The notes under the pieces are model-generated. The model saw nothing but the letters and a program-made list of their open reading frames with translations, searched no databases and had not been told where the DNA came from. A stretch of DNA of 64,000 nt, taken from positions 1-64,000 of the forward strand of contig NIVC01002635.1 of NCBI GenBank assembly GCA_002269645.1. Reading direction: 5' to 3'. Positions 1-12,361 of the stretch are shown here, one piece after another; position 1 is the first letter of the stretch; every line of letters starts with the position of its first letter. The translations under genes were made by a program, and so were the position numbers. The stretch comes from Macrostomum lignano (taxonomy: Eukaryota).

Positions 1-494
1 TACCAACAAGATAGCCCATTGCACAATTTATATACATTTAATTATTTTGGTGATTTATTACATTTAATTTCGTTTTGACATGTTTATGTTTGACGCGGTG
101 GCTGTTTTATGTACGACATGGTGCTCTTTAGTGTTGACATGGCGGCTCTTTTATGTTTTACATGGTGCCTCTTTAATGTATGACATTGTGGCTCCTTTTG
201 TTTGAAGAACCAAAAACCAAAGAAACTCATTATTAAAACGGATTTATCATAAGACAAAGAGCTTTACTTTACTTAAATTGTAAAGTGCTCCTAAGGTGCT
301 CCTAACTCAGCATTTTAGTCGTAGTTTAACTTACTTAATCACTTAATCAAATTTTTATTTATTTTTTAATCCATTTTTACTTAATCAAATACTTAACCTA
401 GTTAACAGCAAAAATAGTTATAAATAGTCAAAATACAAATAGTCAAATAGTTAACAGCACAGAAATTAAAAAATGATTCATTCTTCAACGACAG

Positions 495-549
495 TGCTGC
501 GGCTGCGCTGCGGCTGCGCGCTGCGGCTGCGGCTGCGGCTGCGGCGGCG
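495..549. repeat. (GCGGCT)n-like GC-rich microsatellite
   Basis: Direct reading of imperfect GCGGCT/GCT units. Confidence 0.85.
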
Positions 550-796
550 AGGTAGGTCTCTGCACTCTGCCGCAATGTGCCGCGCCGCAGGCAGAATCTG
601 CAGAGTCCAACTGTGAAAAGAAAGCGATTAGATTTGTCAATATTAGTTTTGACGTATATTCACTTCACACGAAATGAGTGGTCAAACGAAAACTGATTTA
701 GTCAAAACTACCCCTCTAAAACAACTCGTAATACAATTAACTTACGTGCGCGCATTTCGTCTCTCACAAATCGAGTTCGCGCTGAGCGCGAGTGTA

Positions 797-1075
797 GCTG
801 CAGTTGATGCTGTGCTGTTGCTGTTGCGGTTGTTGTTGTTGCTGTTGTTGTTGCAGTTGTTGTTGTTGCTGTTGTGTTGCTGCCTCTTGCTGTTGCTGCT
901 GTTGCTGCATCGGCCAGGGTGCGGTGGGAGAATAGGGGTGGGTATGGGTTGGGATAGGGCATCCAGTAGATGGGGGGGATAAAATACACCAGGAAATGGA
1001 TAGGGATAGGATAGGGATAGGGATACGATAGGGATTGGGATAACTTAGGTAGGGATTACTTAGGTACGGATTCAT
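797..1075. repeat. (TGC/TGT)n trinucleotide run followed by (GGGATA)n-like run
   Basis: Low-complexity runs that account for the poly-Q/poly-L/poly-T ORFs at 674-1075. Confidence 0.85.
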
Positions 1076-2001
1076 AGTACTGGAAAAAAGACTGGCGTGG
1101 GCTTTTAAACTTATTTTTTATTTTGTTCGGCGTATAGTGAAATTGTTAAGAACAGAGTTGGTTATATATACTATAGTGTACAGTGGCCAAAACGCAGATA
1201 ATGGCTGCCTGCTCCACCACCCAAATTTGCTGTTTTTTCACCCCCCAAATCTCTTGTTATCTCTAGCAATGATTGGCTCACCCTGTCGGCTTTTGATTCC
1301 TGAGTTATTTCTAACCAATCACCTAACTCCCCAGCCCAGCCTAATAAGCCTATATTTTGTTTTCAGTGGACAATGAGGGTGAGACATCATACTTAATCAC
1401 CTCATTATTGATTTTATCTGGTGTCTCTCTACCTCTGTCGTGAAAATTTAGCTACAAAATGCACTTTTAAGTTTAAGTGTAAGTTTCAGTTTTGTTTTGT
1501 AAAAAATAACAAAGTTATTATTATATAATTTGATATTATATCTGTTAGTATTTGTTCTTGTAGTCCAAAAAAATCAATACTTTCCGCGGCACGCGTAACA
1601 GCCCAAATAAAGTAATTGCATGAAAAAAGTCCAGCGATCCAGTTCGACCCAGCGGAGGGGTTGGCCGCTGACTGCAGCCCCAATCGACCCAGCCTAAACC
1701 AGCGGACCAATCAGAGGCCACCAAAATTATAAGGTGGCTAAAATTTACAAACAGGGGTGACTAAAAAATAGAATAGAGTGGACGGTAAGAAAAAGGCTAT
1801 AAGCAGAAAGTCGAGATGCTAGACCAATCAGACGCGCAGCGAGAAAATATTGAGAGTTGTTTTGGGACGAAGGGGTGGCTGCAGGCTGCAATATATAATA
1901 AAAACAAACTGTAAATGCAGTAAACTTTTCGCCTCAACTGTTTCAAGTCAAGCATCACTTTTATCTACTTTTAACTTAGATTCTTTAAGTAACGAAGAGA
2001 A

Positions 2002-3636
2002 ATGGAATCAAACCCTACGCCAGCCCAGAAGGTCAAATTCGGCATCTCTGCTCTTCTGCCCGGCTTGATGGATTCACCGGTCGTTGGTCTGATAACGAGA
2101 CTGACAAAAATCCACGCCTACGAGAACAACAAAGCTGGATCAGGCCAAGTGTTCTCCTTCACTTTGACTGACGAGACTGCAGACATCAGAGTGAGCGTTT
2201 TTGCAAGGACCTGAAGTCATTGCTGGAAATGTGCCAAACGGTCGAGACAGTGCGCATTTCTGGAGGCTGGATCAAAAGGCTGACCAAGGTACAACACTAC
2301 GGAAAACGAGTATGAGATGAGCGTCTCAGTTGACAAAAGCGGCACCATCATGACTTCAAACGAGACGGTCAACAGGCGTCCCCGGACTACAGGAGGATAT
2401 CGGCAAATTTCTGCATGCCAAATGAAAACGTAAATATCTTGCACTTTGTGCCTTTATTTTCTTTTATACATTTCCTCGTGCTTTGCTTTACTTTAGGGTT
2501 ACGGTTAGAGTTAGGCTGAGGTTAGGGTTAAAAGCTTGACCGATTTTTAAGATTTCAAGGCTTAATGGGGAGGGGGCATCGATGAGATGTCAAGGGGAAA
2601 TTGATATGCTAAGGCTTGTGGGGGAATTGCTAACATGCCAAGGCTTACAAGGGACTGCTGAGGTATTGCAAAGAGACGCTACATGTAGTTTATTAAAAAA
2701 CTTGTAATGCATTTTTTGGCTGCCCAACGGGGGGCGCTGATTGCTAGTCATTCAGCTAAATTTGCCCTACTCAAAAACTTTCACCGTACGACAGGAAAGT
2801 TGACGTTCGTGGCATCATTTCTGCAGTTGAGAAGCCAAAGGAAGTAAAAACTGGTGCCGGAAAGCTCGTCGATTTAGCAAAAGTTACCATCGTTGATCGG
2901 TCCGGGTCCTCTGTGTCCTGCACTTTTTGGGCCAGTTCTTCTGCGCAGGTGAATAATTGGTCTATCGGCGACATTCTCGCGATTCATGGCTCTCAAGTCC
3001 AAGAGTACGCCCAGATGATAAGCCTCGGCTGTTCGCAAGCAGAAGTACATCACTGGCCAGAAAATTCGCAAGAGTTCTCCGACCTAACCGAGTGGTACAA
3101 CGGCGCCACAGCTAGCCAGCAGCATTTCGAGGCTGTGCGAGCGACACAGATTCCACCACCTGAGCAGCAAGCATCACATGATGAAGAAATGACATTACAC
3201 TACCCCGAACGAATGTTTCACCAGTTTAACAACATGCGAAGAATAAGACTGCGTTTCGGAAGCAAAGAGGTTAGTTTATTTCGAAAATGTGTGTTCACTT
3301 TAGTTTAATCAAAGGCAGTTATTATTGTATACTTCTTATGAGTGTTCACTTCAATTTAATCAAAGACAGTTATAATTATATACTTTTCAAACCGAATCCC
3401 ACTTCACAGGTAACATTTTCACGAGATTCGAACAGCTGGAATCAGCAGATGCCCACAGGCTCTACACCTAGGCCTCTGTACACGAGTGACATGTCTCAGC
3501 AGAAAGCTGGAATCAGCAGGTACCCACAGGCTCTACACCTAGAACTCCGTACACTGGTGACTCGAGCACTCGAAATCAAGAATTTTTGACATCACAGCAG
3601 AAGATGAAGACTAATTTTTTCTTTTTGAATTTCTTC
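2002..3636 (+). pseudogene. RPA70 (RPA1)-like tandem OB-fold gene, intron-containing, frameshifted as assembled
   Basis: Exon 1 gives GQVFSFTLTDETADIRVSVF ... YNTTENEYEM (like RPA70 DBD-A). Exon 2 (acceptor near 2755) gives KVDVRGIISAV ... VTIVDRSGSSVSCTFW ... ILAIHGSQVQEY ... LTEWYNG (like DBD-B). GT donor at 2431. Several single-base gaps in A-runs break the frame. The 3' end near 3636 is tentative. Confidence 0.7.
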
Positions 3637-3801
3637 AAACTGAATTCGAACAGATATCAATCAGAAATTTTTTCCTCAACCTCTATTTCTGTGCTGTTGT
3701 CTTTTAACTTTCGCAAATTTTGAATTTATATTACATTGAGTATTATTAACTGATTGCTAACTGAACCTAGGCTGAGTACGACAGGATTGGATTAGAAGTT
3801 A

Positions 3802-4980
3802 CTAATCCTTGAAGGAATAGTAGTGTCGAATCCAATACAGAAGAGACCCCATAACACTCTTTTTGTGCAGCCGTCGAAATTGGAACTCATTCAGATAAGA
3901 TTGAAACAGTTCCTCAGATGTCCGATGCATACGCTTGTACTTCTTTTTACAGTGACACCACATGGATTCCACTGATTGCGTATGCACATCACGATCAGCA
4001 GGAGAGACGAAGTTAAGTGAGTGGTTCACAGTCCGATGATTTGACAACCTATTATAAGCTTGCCATTCATCTGACATAATGATTGTGCCAGGCTCCACTC
4101 GCTCTTCTATTATGGGTAAAAGAGTCGCTGCAGAACAATCTTTTACCGGTATTAGAAAGATATGAGTAGAACCACGTTCAACCATGCCAAACACCCACTT
4201 CTGCTCACGCTGACGGCCTTTGTTGTACTTACGCTTGAAGTACAGGGACTCGTCAATTTCCACTATTTTATTTGGACCGCCTAACTTGAAGGGATGGTCT
4301 TCAAGATATTTGGTACAAATTTCACGGCAGAAATTGAACCAGTCCACTAGCGTTTGTTGGGACACCTTAGTCTCTGCTGCAATAAAATCAAAGTCACCAA
4401 TATCAGCAGCCCACCAAAAGATGATATGAAGGCACTGAAACAAACTAAGATGAGACCGCTCAAAAAACGATTTCGTGCGAATTGAGGTATTGGTTCGGCA
4501 ACTCTTGCAATACCATGTTGATTTGTCCGCCACACTTGATCTTTTGACTAATCCCATTGGACCCGAGCATGACGAACACAACATGGTATTGGCGATTAGT
4601 CCGATTCTAACCAAGAATTGCAAAACCTCAGTCTCACTTTCGTGAAATTGAGTAATGAATGCGGTGTGTGTCGGATTATAATCTAGAACATACCGAGCTT
4701 CCTCAATATTTACATTGAACATTTTAGTAGATGCTGCCGGTCGCCCACGACGCTTACCAGAAGCTTGTTTGACAACATCTTTGGATTTCGTAGAAGCTTT
4801 GGAGTCCGCATTATTGGCCGCACAAGCTCCCCCTGGTACAGCCTCTCGGTCAGCACCACGAGCAGCTTGATTGTCCATAAGTTGGTTCCATTGCTCCTCG
4901 AACCCTTGGACGTCTTCCTCAAACAAGTCATCTGAATCAGACGACACGAGAAACGAGAGAATCCACCAAAGAGTCAACAT
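3802..4980 (-). CDS. Merlin / IS1595 (ISXO2-like) DDE transposase, uninterrupted ORF
   Basis: Zinc ribbon CSSC...WYCKSC; catalytic motifs VEIDES, IMSDEWQAY, TVNHS...HTQSVESMW and YLNEFQFRR. No TIRs located. Confidence 0.9.
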   Translation of the reverse strand: MLTLWWILSFLVSSDSDDLFEEDVQGFEEQWNQLMDNQAARGADREAVPGGACAANNADSKASTKSKDVVKQASGKRRGRPAASTKMFNVNIEEARYVLDYNPTHTAFITQFHESETEVLQFLVRIGLIANTMLCSSCSGPMGLVKRSSVADKSTWYCKSCRTNTSIRTKSFFERSHLSLFQCLHIIFWWAADIGDFDFIAAETKVSQQTLVDWFNFCREICTKYLEDHPFKLGGPNKIVEIDESLYFKRKYNKGRQREQKWVFGMVERGSTHIFLIPVKDCSAATLLPIIEERVEPGTIIMSDEWQAYNRLSNHRTVNHSLNFVSPADRDVHTQSVESMWCHCKKKYKRMHRTSEELFQSYLNEFQFRRLHKKSVMGSLLYWIRHYYSFKD

Positions 4981-5754
4981 AATTATATCAGACCTTGGTT
5001 GAAGTCTATAACTAAATCTCGAATGAATTTGCTTACCGAAATCAAGTGCTGCTACTGCCTTAATACACTAGAATGAGTAATATAGTCTTGTACGGTTACT
5101 GGCTGGGAGTTGACAGGTGCAAAGGTGCGAAGTGCGAATGTTGGAAGGTAGCTTTGGCTAGGTGCAAGTGAAAGTGCGCAAGTGCAAAAAATCGAGCGGG
5201 TCGTGACGTGGCAGTTTTTAAAAAACGAACAGTGACGTGGCAAATTGTACATGCATTAAAACTAAATTGAAAAACTATTATTGGGGAACTTAACAGACAA
5301 TTGCGTATAAATTTGTAGATAGTAACATTCAATTTTCATTGGCCTAATGAACTTCTAGCACATGTGCTACTGGTTTAAAAGTCTAGTGGATACACTTTTG
5401 AATATGTATTCCTAGAAACTTTTTGTCACCGATCATCATTAAGAGAATAGGAATTAAGTAAATTATCATCCTATCAACCGTACAGGTAATTCTCTACGCT
5501 TTTTGTTGCGTTTTTGTAATTTTGGTTGCCCCATAAGTGTCTACCGCAAGTTTCAGAAAAATTGGAAAATCGGAAGTATTTTATCAACATAAACTTGAAG
5601 AAGCCCGTTTTGTGCCGTGAGCTTTAATTATTACTCTTATAACATTTAGAATGTTTCACGAGCTAAGGCCACAGATAACTTTAGTCTCAGACACAACATC
5701 CCTCCCTCAGTTAGAATAGGAAAGCCGGTCAGGTTTAGTCAATTTTATCAAGTC

Positions 5755-6645
5755 TCTCACGTAGTATTCGATGACGAGGGAGGAAGGCCAGACACGAAGC
5801 AGGAATGCAGGAGGATGGGAGAGAGCAGGATAAGAGCGGCTTGCGACGGAGCGGACAAATTGATCTTCACGGATGTTTCGGTTGATAAGGGAGGCAAAGG
5901 AGGGGGAAGTACGATAACGGCGCGGTGGTCGAAAGGCAAATGGTGGCCGGCGGACAGCTCGCGTCCTCGATGCAGGCGGAGCTTTACGCGTTGAAGGCGG
6001 CAATCAGGTGGCTGGCGATTAACAACAACTGGCACAAAGCTGTGATTGCGACAGACAGCAAAAGCTATTAAAAAGACCAGCAAGAACCCGATCGTCTGCA
6101 GCATTAGAAAAGCGCTGAGCGAGATGGAAGGGCGAGAGATGGTGATGCTGTGGATACCGAGCCACTGCGGGATCGTAGGGAACGAAGTGGCGGACGAATG
6201 GGCTATTCGGGCGGTCAGGGAAGTGAGCAATGAAGGAATTGGAGTCATGGCGAGCACGATGGCGAGGATGGCGAGGAGGCGGTGTAGAAGGAAGGTGTGG
6301 AGGCACGAGAGGATGAGGGCGACGTACGGCGGCTCGGAGGGACCAAGGAAAGATCCGGAGTTCACGAGCAGGAAGGAGGAGGTTAGTTTTACAAGATGGC
6401 GTACGGGACACTCGCTGGAGCTGGCAGCGTTTAGAAAGAGAATCGGGCTGCAGCAGGATGGAAATTGCAGGCAGTGTGGCATGGAGGAGGAGACCATCGA
6501 GCACGTGGTGGCCTGCCCGGTTCTGGACAGCTGCTGGAGGGGATGGAGGAGCGGAGTTCTGAGTGAGGTTTGCATGAAGGCGGAGGAAGCGCTGAAGATG
6601 TGGGAGTGGTGGAAGAGGAAACCACCGGAAAGCAGCTAGACATCT
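5755..6645 (+). mobile_element. 5'-truncated LINE 3' end (RNase H plus CCHC knuckle) with (CAA)n tail
   Basis: IFTD...AELYAL...IATDSKS...LWIPSHCGIVGNEVADEWA, then CRQCGMEEETIEHVVAC, then a (CAA)n tail running into (CAG)n. Confidence 0.85.
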
Positions 6646-6710
<65 letters not shown>

Positions 6711-6860
6711 CGCTACAACCGGCCGAGCGCGAGCAGCAGCAGCAGGCGCTACGACCAGCCGAGCTGGAGCAGCAGCAGGAGCAGCCGCAGGAGACGTAGG
6801 AGACGCAGGATCAGTCTACATCAGACTACATCAATTGGGTGAGAGGGTTCCTAATTCGGA
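6646..6860 (+). pseudogene. 3' poly-Q end of the zinc-finger family gene (inverted copy of about 14397-14720), mariner-empty allele
   Basis: Reverse complement of 14397-14720; continues GGTTCC-TA-ATTCGG where the other copy has a mariner TIR at that TA. Confidence 0.8.
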
Positions 6861-7142
6861 ATAGGTTAGCTACAGATAAAATTATTATCCGGCCAAATCC
6901 TGGTGATGAATCATGACATTGATCACCTTATTAAGTTAACGAAACTTAGTGTTCCTTTTTGTTCCTGTAACAAACTAACAATAATTGTATAACTATAAAG
7001 AACTATTGACTGTAAAACAATAACAACTATAACAACTATAACAACTATAACAACTATATCAAGTATATCAAGTATAAAAATTATAGCAAGTATAATCTAT
7101 CAATTATAGCTTATAGTTGTAGCTTATATCTATAGTTATAGC

Positions 7143-7302
7143 CATGGGCGGCGGGAGCTTGTGCCCCCCCCCCCAGAAAATGAGTCCAATTTGTTGTGCT
7201 TTTTCTGATTTTAGGCCCTAATTAGCAGTTACAAAGGTACCTGTGCCCCTTTGCCCTGTGCCCAGTGCCCCCCCCCAAAAATGTTAGGCTCCGCCGCCCC
7301 TG
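7143..7302. mobile_element. hAT-type MITE
   Basis: Imperfect TIRs CATGGGCGGCGGGAGC / GCTCCGCCGCCCCTG; 8-bp TSD GTTATAGC at 7135-7142 and 7303-7310. Confidence 0.85.
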
Positions 7303-7407
7303 GTTATAGCTTATAACAACTATAACAATTAAAGAACTATTAACTGTAAAACAGTAATTGTAATTTCGATAGGTTATCTGTTAATTGTTTGAAATCAATC
7401 AAATCGG

Positions 7408-8070
7408 TCACTTTCGCTTCAACGCACGCCTTGTTGGCATAGTTTTTTCCTTCAACTTCGAAAGTCCTTGCAATTTGTTTTGCAATCGTTCAGCGAGCTC
7501 GTCCGGGCATTGTCTCCATTTCGATAGGTTTCCTGCTAATGATTCGAAATCGAAAAAAGTAAGTTTCATTTTTTCTAAATTTCCAGTATTAAAAAGCCAA
7601 TCAGAAAAGTGCCATAGGATAAATTTTAAATTCGGAAATCGAAACTGCTCTGCGACTTTGGTCCTCTCCTCGGATTGAGTCACGGCAATGTGCGTATTCG
7701 TGCCATAGACGCTAAGGAAGTTGCCGCCAAATGCCACTGAGTCCTCGGGGGTGTAGACTGCATGGATCCACCCTGCCAGCACCAGCAAATGTGTTTCTTG
7801 GCTGCAGCACAACACGGTAGACTGGGCCTGTTGCTGTTTCGTCCAGGAAAGCATCCGAGTCGGCAGCTTGCCAGTGCTCATATGCGCGGATGTTTCGCTC
7901 AGTAGGCAGCATTAGATAAGAAATTTTACAGCCGCTGGCTAGCGTGAACTAAAAGTCGCTTCCACCTAGATCTATGTGAAAATTGGTAAATGATTTCTTC
8001 GCACTGATCAGCACTGATTCGGGAAGAGCTGTGTCTAAGCGGCATAAATTATTAATGCTAAATTTGGCAT
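7408..8070 (-). pseudogene. JmjC histone demethylase-like pseudogene copy 1 (KDM2/KDM7-PHF8 type)
   Basis: LISAKKSFTNFHIDLGGSDF*FTLASGCKISYLMLPTERNIRAYEHW ... GWIHAVYTPEDSVAFGGNFL ... EERTKVAEQFRFP. One TAG at a Trp-equivalent codon and one frameshift. Confidence 0.85.
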
Positions 8071-8520
8071 TCGGAAATACCGACAGTCTCGCTAATCACA
8101 GCGACGGTAATGTTTGGATCCTCGTCCACCAGAGCCCTGACAGCAGCGATGTTGGCTTCGGTCACAGCTGTGCTGGGTCGTCCAAACCGGGGGTCGTCGT
8201 TCAAGGAGGCCCGTCCGGCGTTGATGGACTCTATCCACCTGGCGACCGTGCGATAGGAAGGGGCTTGGTCCCCGACTACCTGGACCAGGTCTGCATGGAT
8301 TTTGACCGCGCTTTCTCCGAGTCGTGAGCGCATGAAAACGAAAAATCGCCACTGGTCTGGTGCACTGGCTCCATTTTTGGCAGATTGTAAAACACCACCT
8401 TGCGTTGGCCACGCACAAGTATAACACATTCGAGGGAAAAAAGTCATACTCTATGGTTAAAACCAATATATCGGCGATTTCGTAAAAAAAAATTCAACGC
8501 TTTGTGATATGTACTTTTAA
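8068..8520 (-). mobile_element. mariner transposase 5' fragment (HTH DNA-binding region only)
   Basis: GESAVKIHADLVQVVGDQAPSYRTVARW...GRASLNDDPRFGRPSTAVT...VRALVDEDPNITV; truncated against the JmjC sequence; its TIR lies beyond the LINE at 14370-14394. Confidence 0.85.
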
Positions 8521-8687
8521 AGATATTAGGTCTTGACTTACTTGACTTAGCTGCAGGGGGCGTCCGGCGGATGCAGCGAGGAGGCGGAGGAGACCGCCCA
8601 TTCCGCTAGCCCCTGGCGACCAACGACTTCCGTTGAAGTGGTGTCGCTCAGGGGGACCCGTCGGTCTCGCCTGCAGCGCGGTCCTCC

Positions 8688-11600
8688 TCACCGACGAAGA
8701 AGAGGAGTGGGGAAGAAATCAGCTCGTCCGGTGTCCCTGAGGTACCGGGCGAGCAGTGGGATGCTCTCGGGCCTGCAAACGTCGGAGAGAACCGGGTTTG
8801 GCCCGAGGTGAGTAAGCCTGGCCCTGGTGAAAACCGGGCAGTGGCAGATAAAATGCTCGGCGTTTTCACTGCCTGAGCGGCAGAAGGGGCACCGCTCCTC
8901 GGGTACTTGGCCCTGAAGGAAGCGGTGGCGAGAGAAGCAGCCATGCCCGGAGAGGGCCATGCTAACTGCTCTGAGGTCTCTGCGGTTGAGCCTGAGGAGG
9001 GCTCTACGCAGGAGAGGAGAGGGACAGGGGACGGCAGCACGGGATTGCCTACAATTCCGGGTGTCGTGCCACCTGCGGAGATGCTCGGAGTCAGCCCAGC
9101 GCTTAACGCGGGAATTGATCACCGAGGCGGGGATGGGGGCACCCGGGCCCGGCCCCAATAGCGCGCCGGCGGAGCCAGCCTTGGCCAGCAGGTCAGCGCG
9201 CTCGTTGCCGAGGAAGCCGGCGTGGCCCGGGATCCATCTGAGCTCCACCTGGTTGCCTAGCGCAAGCCCGTTGAGCTGGGTGTTGCAGTCCAGGACGGAC
9301 CTGGAGCTGGCGGTGCTGCGGCAGAGGGCCCGAAGGGCTGCTTGGCTGTCAGAGTGAAAAATAAATTTCCGGCCGCTAAGCTGCCTTCGGCGCAGCTCTG
9401 CCGCGCAGGAGCTGATGGCAAGCACCTCGCTCTGAAAAACACTGGAGTTGAGCCCAGTGTGCTGGGAGTAGCTCCACACCACTTCTCCCTTGAAGAAGAC
9501 GCAAGCTCCGAAGCCTGAAAGACCATGCCTCATAGAGCCGTCAGTGTAACAGTGGACTTCAGAGTCGCTCCAGCTGTCACTCGCCTCGTGTCGAGGCTGA
9601 ATGGTGACCTTATACCTTTGGCTCAGGAGAAGGGTGGCTGGGATCGAGTCCGTGAGGATGTTGAGCCCGCCACACTCCTCGAGAGCCTTGAGGCAGAGGT
9701 CAGAGTGCGGGATAAGCGACCGCTTCTTAAAGGCCCGCACTTTCTTGAAGGCCACCCCAGCATCCAGAAGACGCCGGGTGCTCTTCGCCGCCTCTCCTTT
9801 GATATAAATATCCAAAGGAGGGGCGCAGAGGAAGGCATTCATGCCTTCAAAAGGAGTAGAGGGTGGAGCGCCCATAGTCATGCGGCAGGCTCTGCCCTGG
9901 ATTTTGTAGAGAGCGTCGAGGTTGCTCTTGACGCTCAGGCCGCTAGCCCACACGAGGCTGGCGTAACTGATCGAGGGGCGGATGATGGCAGTGTAAATCC
10001 ACCACAGCTTCCTGGGGGTGAGCCCCCAGGTGGTGCCCACGGCGCGCCTGATCTGAGCCAGTACAGCCAGGGCTTTTTTGGCTTTAGTTTGAATGTGCGG
10101 AGTCCAGTTAAGCCTGTGGTCCAGAGTGAGGCCCAGGCAGCGGACCTGCTTCTCCATGGAAATATTCTTTCCATAGAGGGTGAGGGGCTTAATGGTCCAG
10201 AGCAGTTTGTTGGTAAACATGACTGCTGTGGTTTTCGACTCTGAGAGTCTAAGGCCACATTGGTCTGCCCAACGCTCCGCTCGTCCCAGAAAGCCCTGCA
10301 GAAGGTCTCTGATGGTATCAACCGAGGGGCCCGCGCATATCGCGGTCACATCATCGGCATAGCCCACCTTGAGAATGGGGTCGTGGAGATCACTGCAAAG
10401 CAACTCATCCATGACCATGTTCCAGAGAACGGGGGTGAGAACGCCGCCCTGGGGGCCCCCTTTCAGGACAGGCACCGAAAGAGAGCTGCCGCTCAGGTGG
10501 GCCACAACAGTGCGGTTTCGGATCATGAACATGATCCACCGGACAAGGTGAGGGTGCGTGGCCCTGGATTCCAGGGCTCTGCAAAAGGCCTCGAAGATGA
10601 CGTTGTCGAAGGCCCCCTCAATGTCCAGGAAAAGCGAGAGGGCAAAGCCGCTGCCAAGAACGGCCCTCTCCAGGAAGTCAACAATGACATGGAGAGCACT
10701 CTCGGTTGACCTGCCCGCGCGGAAGGCGTGCTGGTTCTGCGAGAGTGGGAAGCGCTTCAGCTCGACCGAAAGTAGGCGCCAAAGCACCAGTCTCTCGAGG
10801 AGCTTGAGGCAGAAAGAAGTGAGGCTGATAGGCCTGAAGGCCTTCACCGATTGGTAGTCGCTCTTTCCAGGCTTGGGGATAAAGACCACCCGGGCCTCTC
10901 TCCATGCAACTGGTACATAGCCCAGCTCCATACAAGCTCGAAGGAGACGACAGAGCAGGTCCAGGAAGCGGTGGTTTTTCACCGCCTCGTGCAAGAACGC
11001 TGGGTAGATGCCGTCGGGCCCAGGCGCCTTGAACGGGTTAAAGGACCTTGCCGCTCTAATAATGCGGTCTTTGGTGATCATAGACTTTGCTAGGCCTTGC
11101 CCTCCCACTGTGTGGTCGGGCGGGCCCTGCTGAGTCGGAGATTTAGGGAAAAAACTGTTGAGCATGAGCTCTAGAGTCTCTTCCGAACTCTCTGTGACCG
11201 AGCCGTCAGGTCTCTTCACAACAGAGAGTTTAGAAAAACGGTCATTAGTGAGTGCCTTAACCACGCGGGCTACGGGGCGAGAGCCCTCAAGCCCTTCGCA
11301 ATATTGGCGCCACTTGGCCGTCTTGGCCCTTCTGACTTGGCCCTTAAACTCGTGGATCGCACGGGTATAGGCCTCTCTGTCAGATGGGTCTTTGGTTTTG
11401 AGCGCTCGCCTTTGGAGGGTCCTGGCTCGGCGCCGAAGGGCCCCGAGCTCTGGGTTCCACCAGGGAGCAGATTTCTTGCCTTTATAGGCCTTTAGGGGGC
11501 AGGCTGCTTCAAAGGCAGTGGTGATCGCCCCGCCCAGGGAGGAGGCGAGATCGTCCACCACCTGGCAGTCAGAGAGGTCACTGGGGGGTCAAGATCCCGA

Positions 11601-12361
11601 AGGCCGCGGCTCAGCTTCGAGCCAAAGGCGGCCCAATCGGTGTTTCTGACGTTCCGACTCCAAGTGACCTTAGGCTTTTGCTTGGTCGGCCCAATGCAAA
11701 AGCGGATAAAGCGGTGGTCCGAGAGCGAGTCCTCGTCCCACACTCGCCAGCCCGTAACTGCGGAAAGCAGTCCGGGTGAGGCGATGGTGGTGTCGATGAC
11801 TTCGGCCCACCGCCCATTATTGAACGTTGGTGCATTGCCCACGTTACAGAAGTTGAGGTTAGTGCTGCTGACATAGGCCAGCAGCTCCTCGCCTCTGCTA
11901 TTGATGTTCTTGCTGCCCCAATGCAGGTGGTGTGCGTTCACATCCCCTGCAATGAGCAGCTCGAACCGATGGGACGCAGCATAGTCAGTAAGGTTGACTA
12001 ACGCGTCGCAGACAACTGGGGCATCGCCCGGGAAATAGGCAGAAGCTACCAGCACAGGTTTATTGGGAATGAGGTTATTGATTTGAACAACACAGATGTC
12101 CCCAGTCGAGAGATCAGGTCTCATCCATGCCTCAAAAGCTTTTGCAGCAAAGACCAGAGATCTTGGGCGAGGCTGAGAGCCCGCCATGCAAAAACAGTGG
12201 TAGCCAGATGGCACATTATTTGGCTTACCTTTAGTCATCCAGGGCTCCTGTACGAAGACCAGGCCCGGAAGCTGTTGCTCTGCCGTGCGCATCAGGTTGA
12301 CCGACGCCGCCACGCAGTGCTGGGTGTTGATCTGCAGACACCAGGTAGTCGTTGGCATCAT
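8688..12361 (-). CDS. LINE ORF2: AP endonuclease, reverse transcriptase, RNase H and CCHC; one frameshift in a C-run near 11583-11588
   Basis: QINTQHC...VQEPW...AGDVNAHH...SDHRFI (APE); KAPGPDG, GYADD (RT); YTDGS...SEVLAI...SDSQAAL...WIPGHAG...NERAD (RNase H); CPFC...HFICHC. One extra C joins the 289-aa and 957-aa ORFs. Confidence 0.92.

Noticed and set aside
674-1075. Poly-Q, poly-L and poly-T ORFs in three frames
   Set aside because: Fully explained by microsatellites; no non-repetitive coding signal.
1-5700. Helitron as carrier of the RPA-like gene; TIRs for the Merlin element
   Set aside because: No Rep/helicase motifs or convincing hairpin-CTRR end seen; no inverted terminal match found by eye.
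8058-8447. SETMAR-like in-frame fusion of mariner HTH to JmjC
   Set aside because: The junction is out of frame by one base (stop right after ECQI) and the JmjC part has a further stop and a frameshift.
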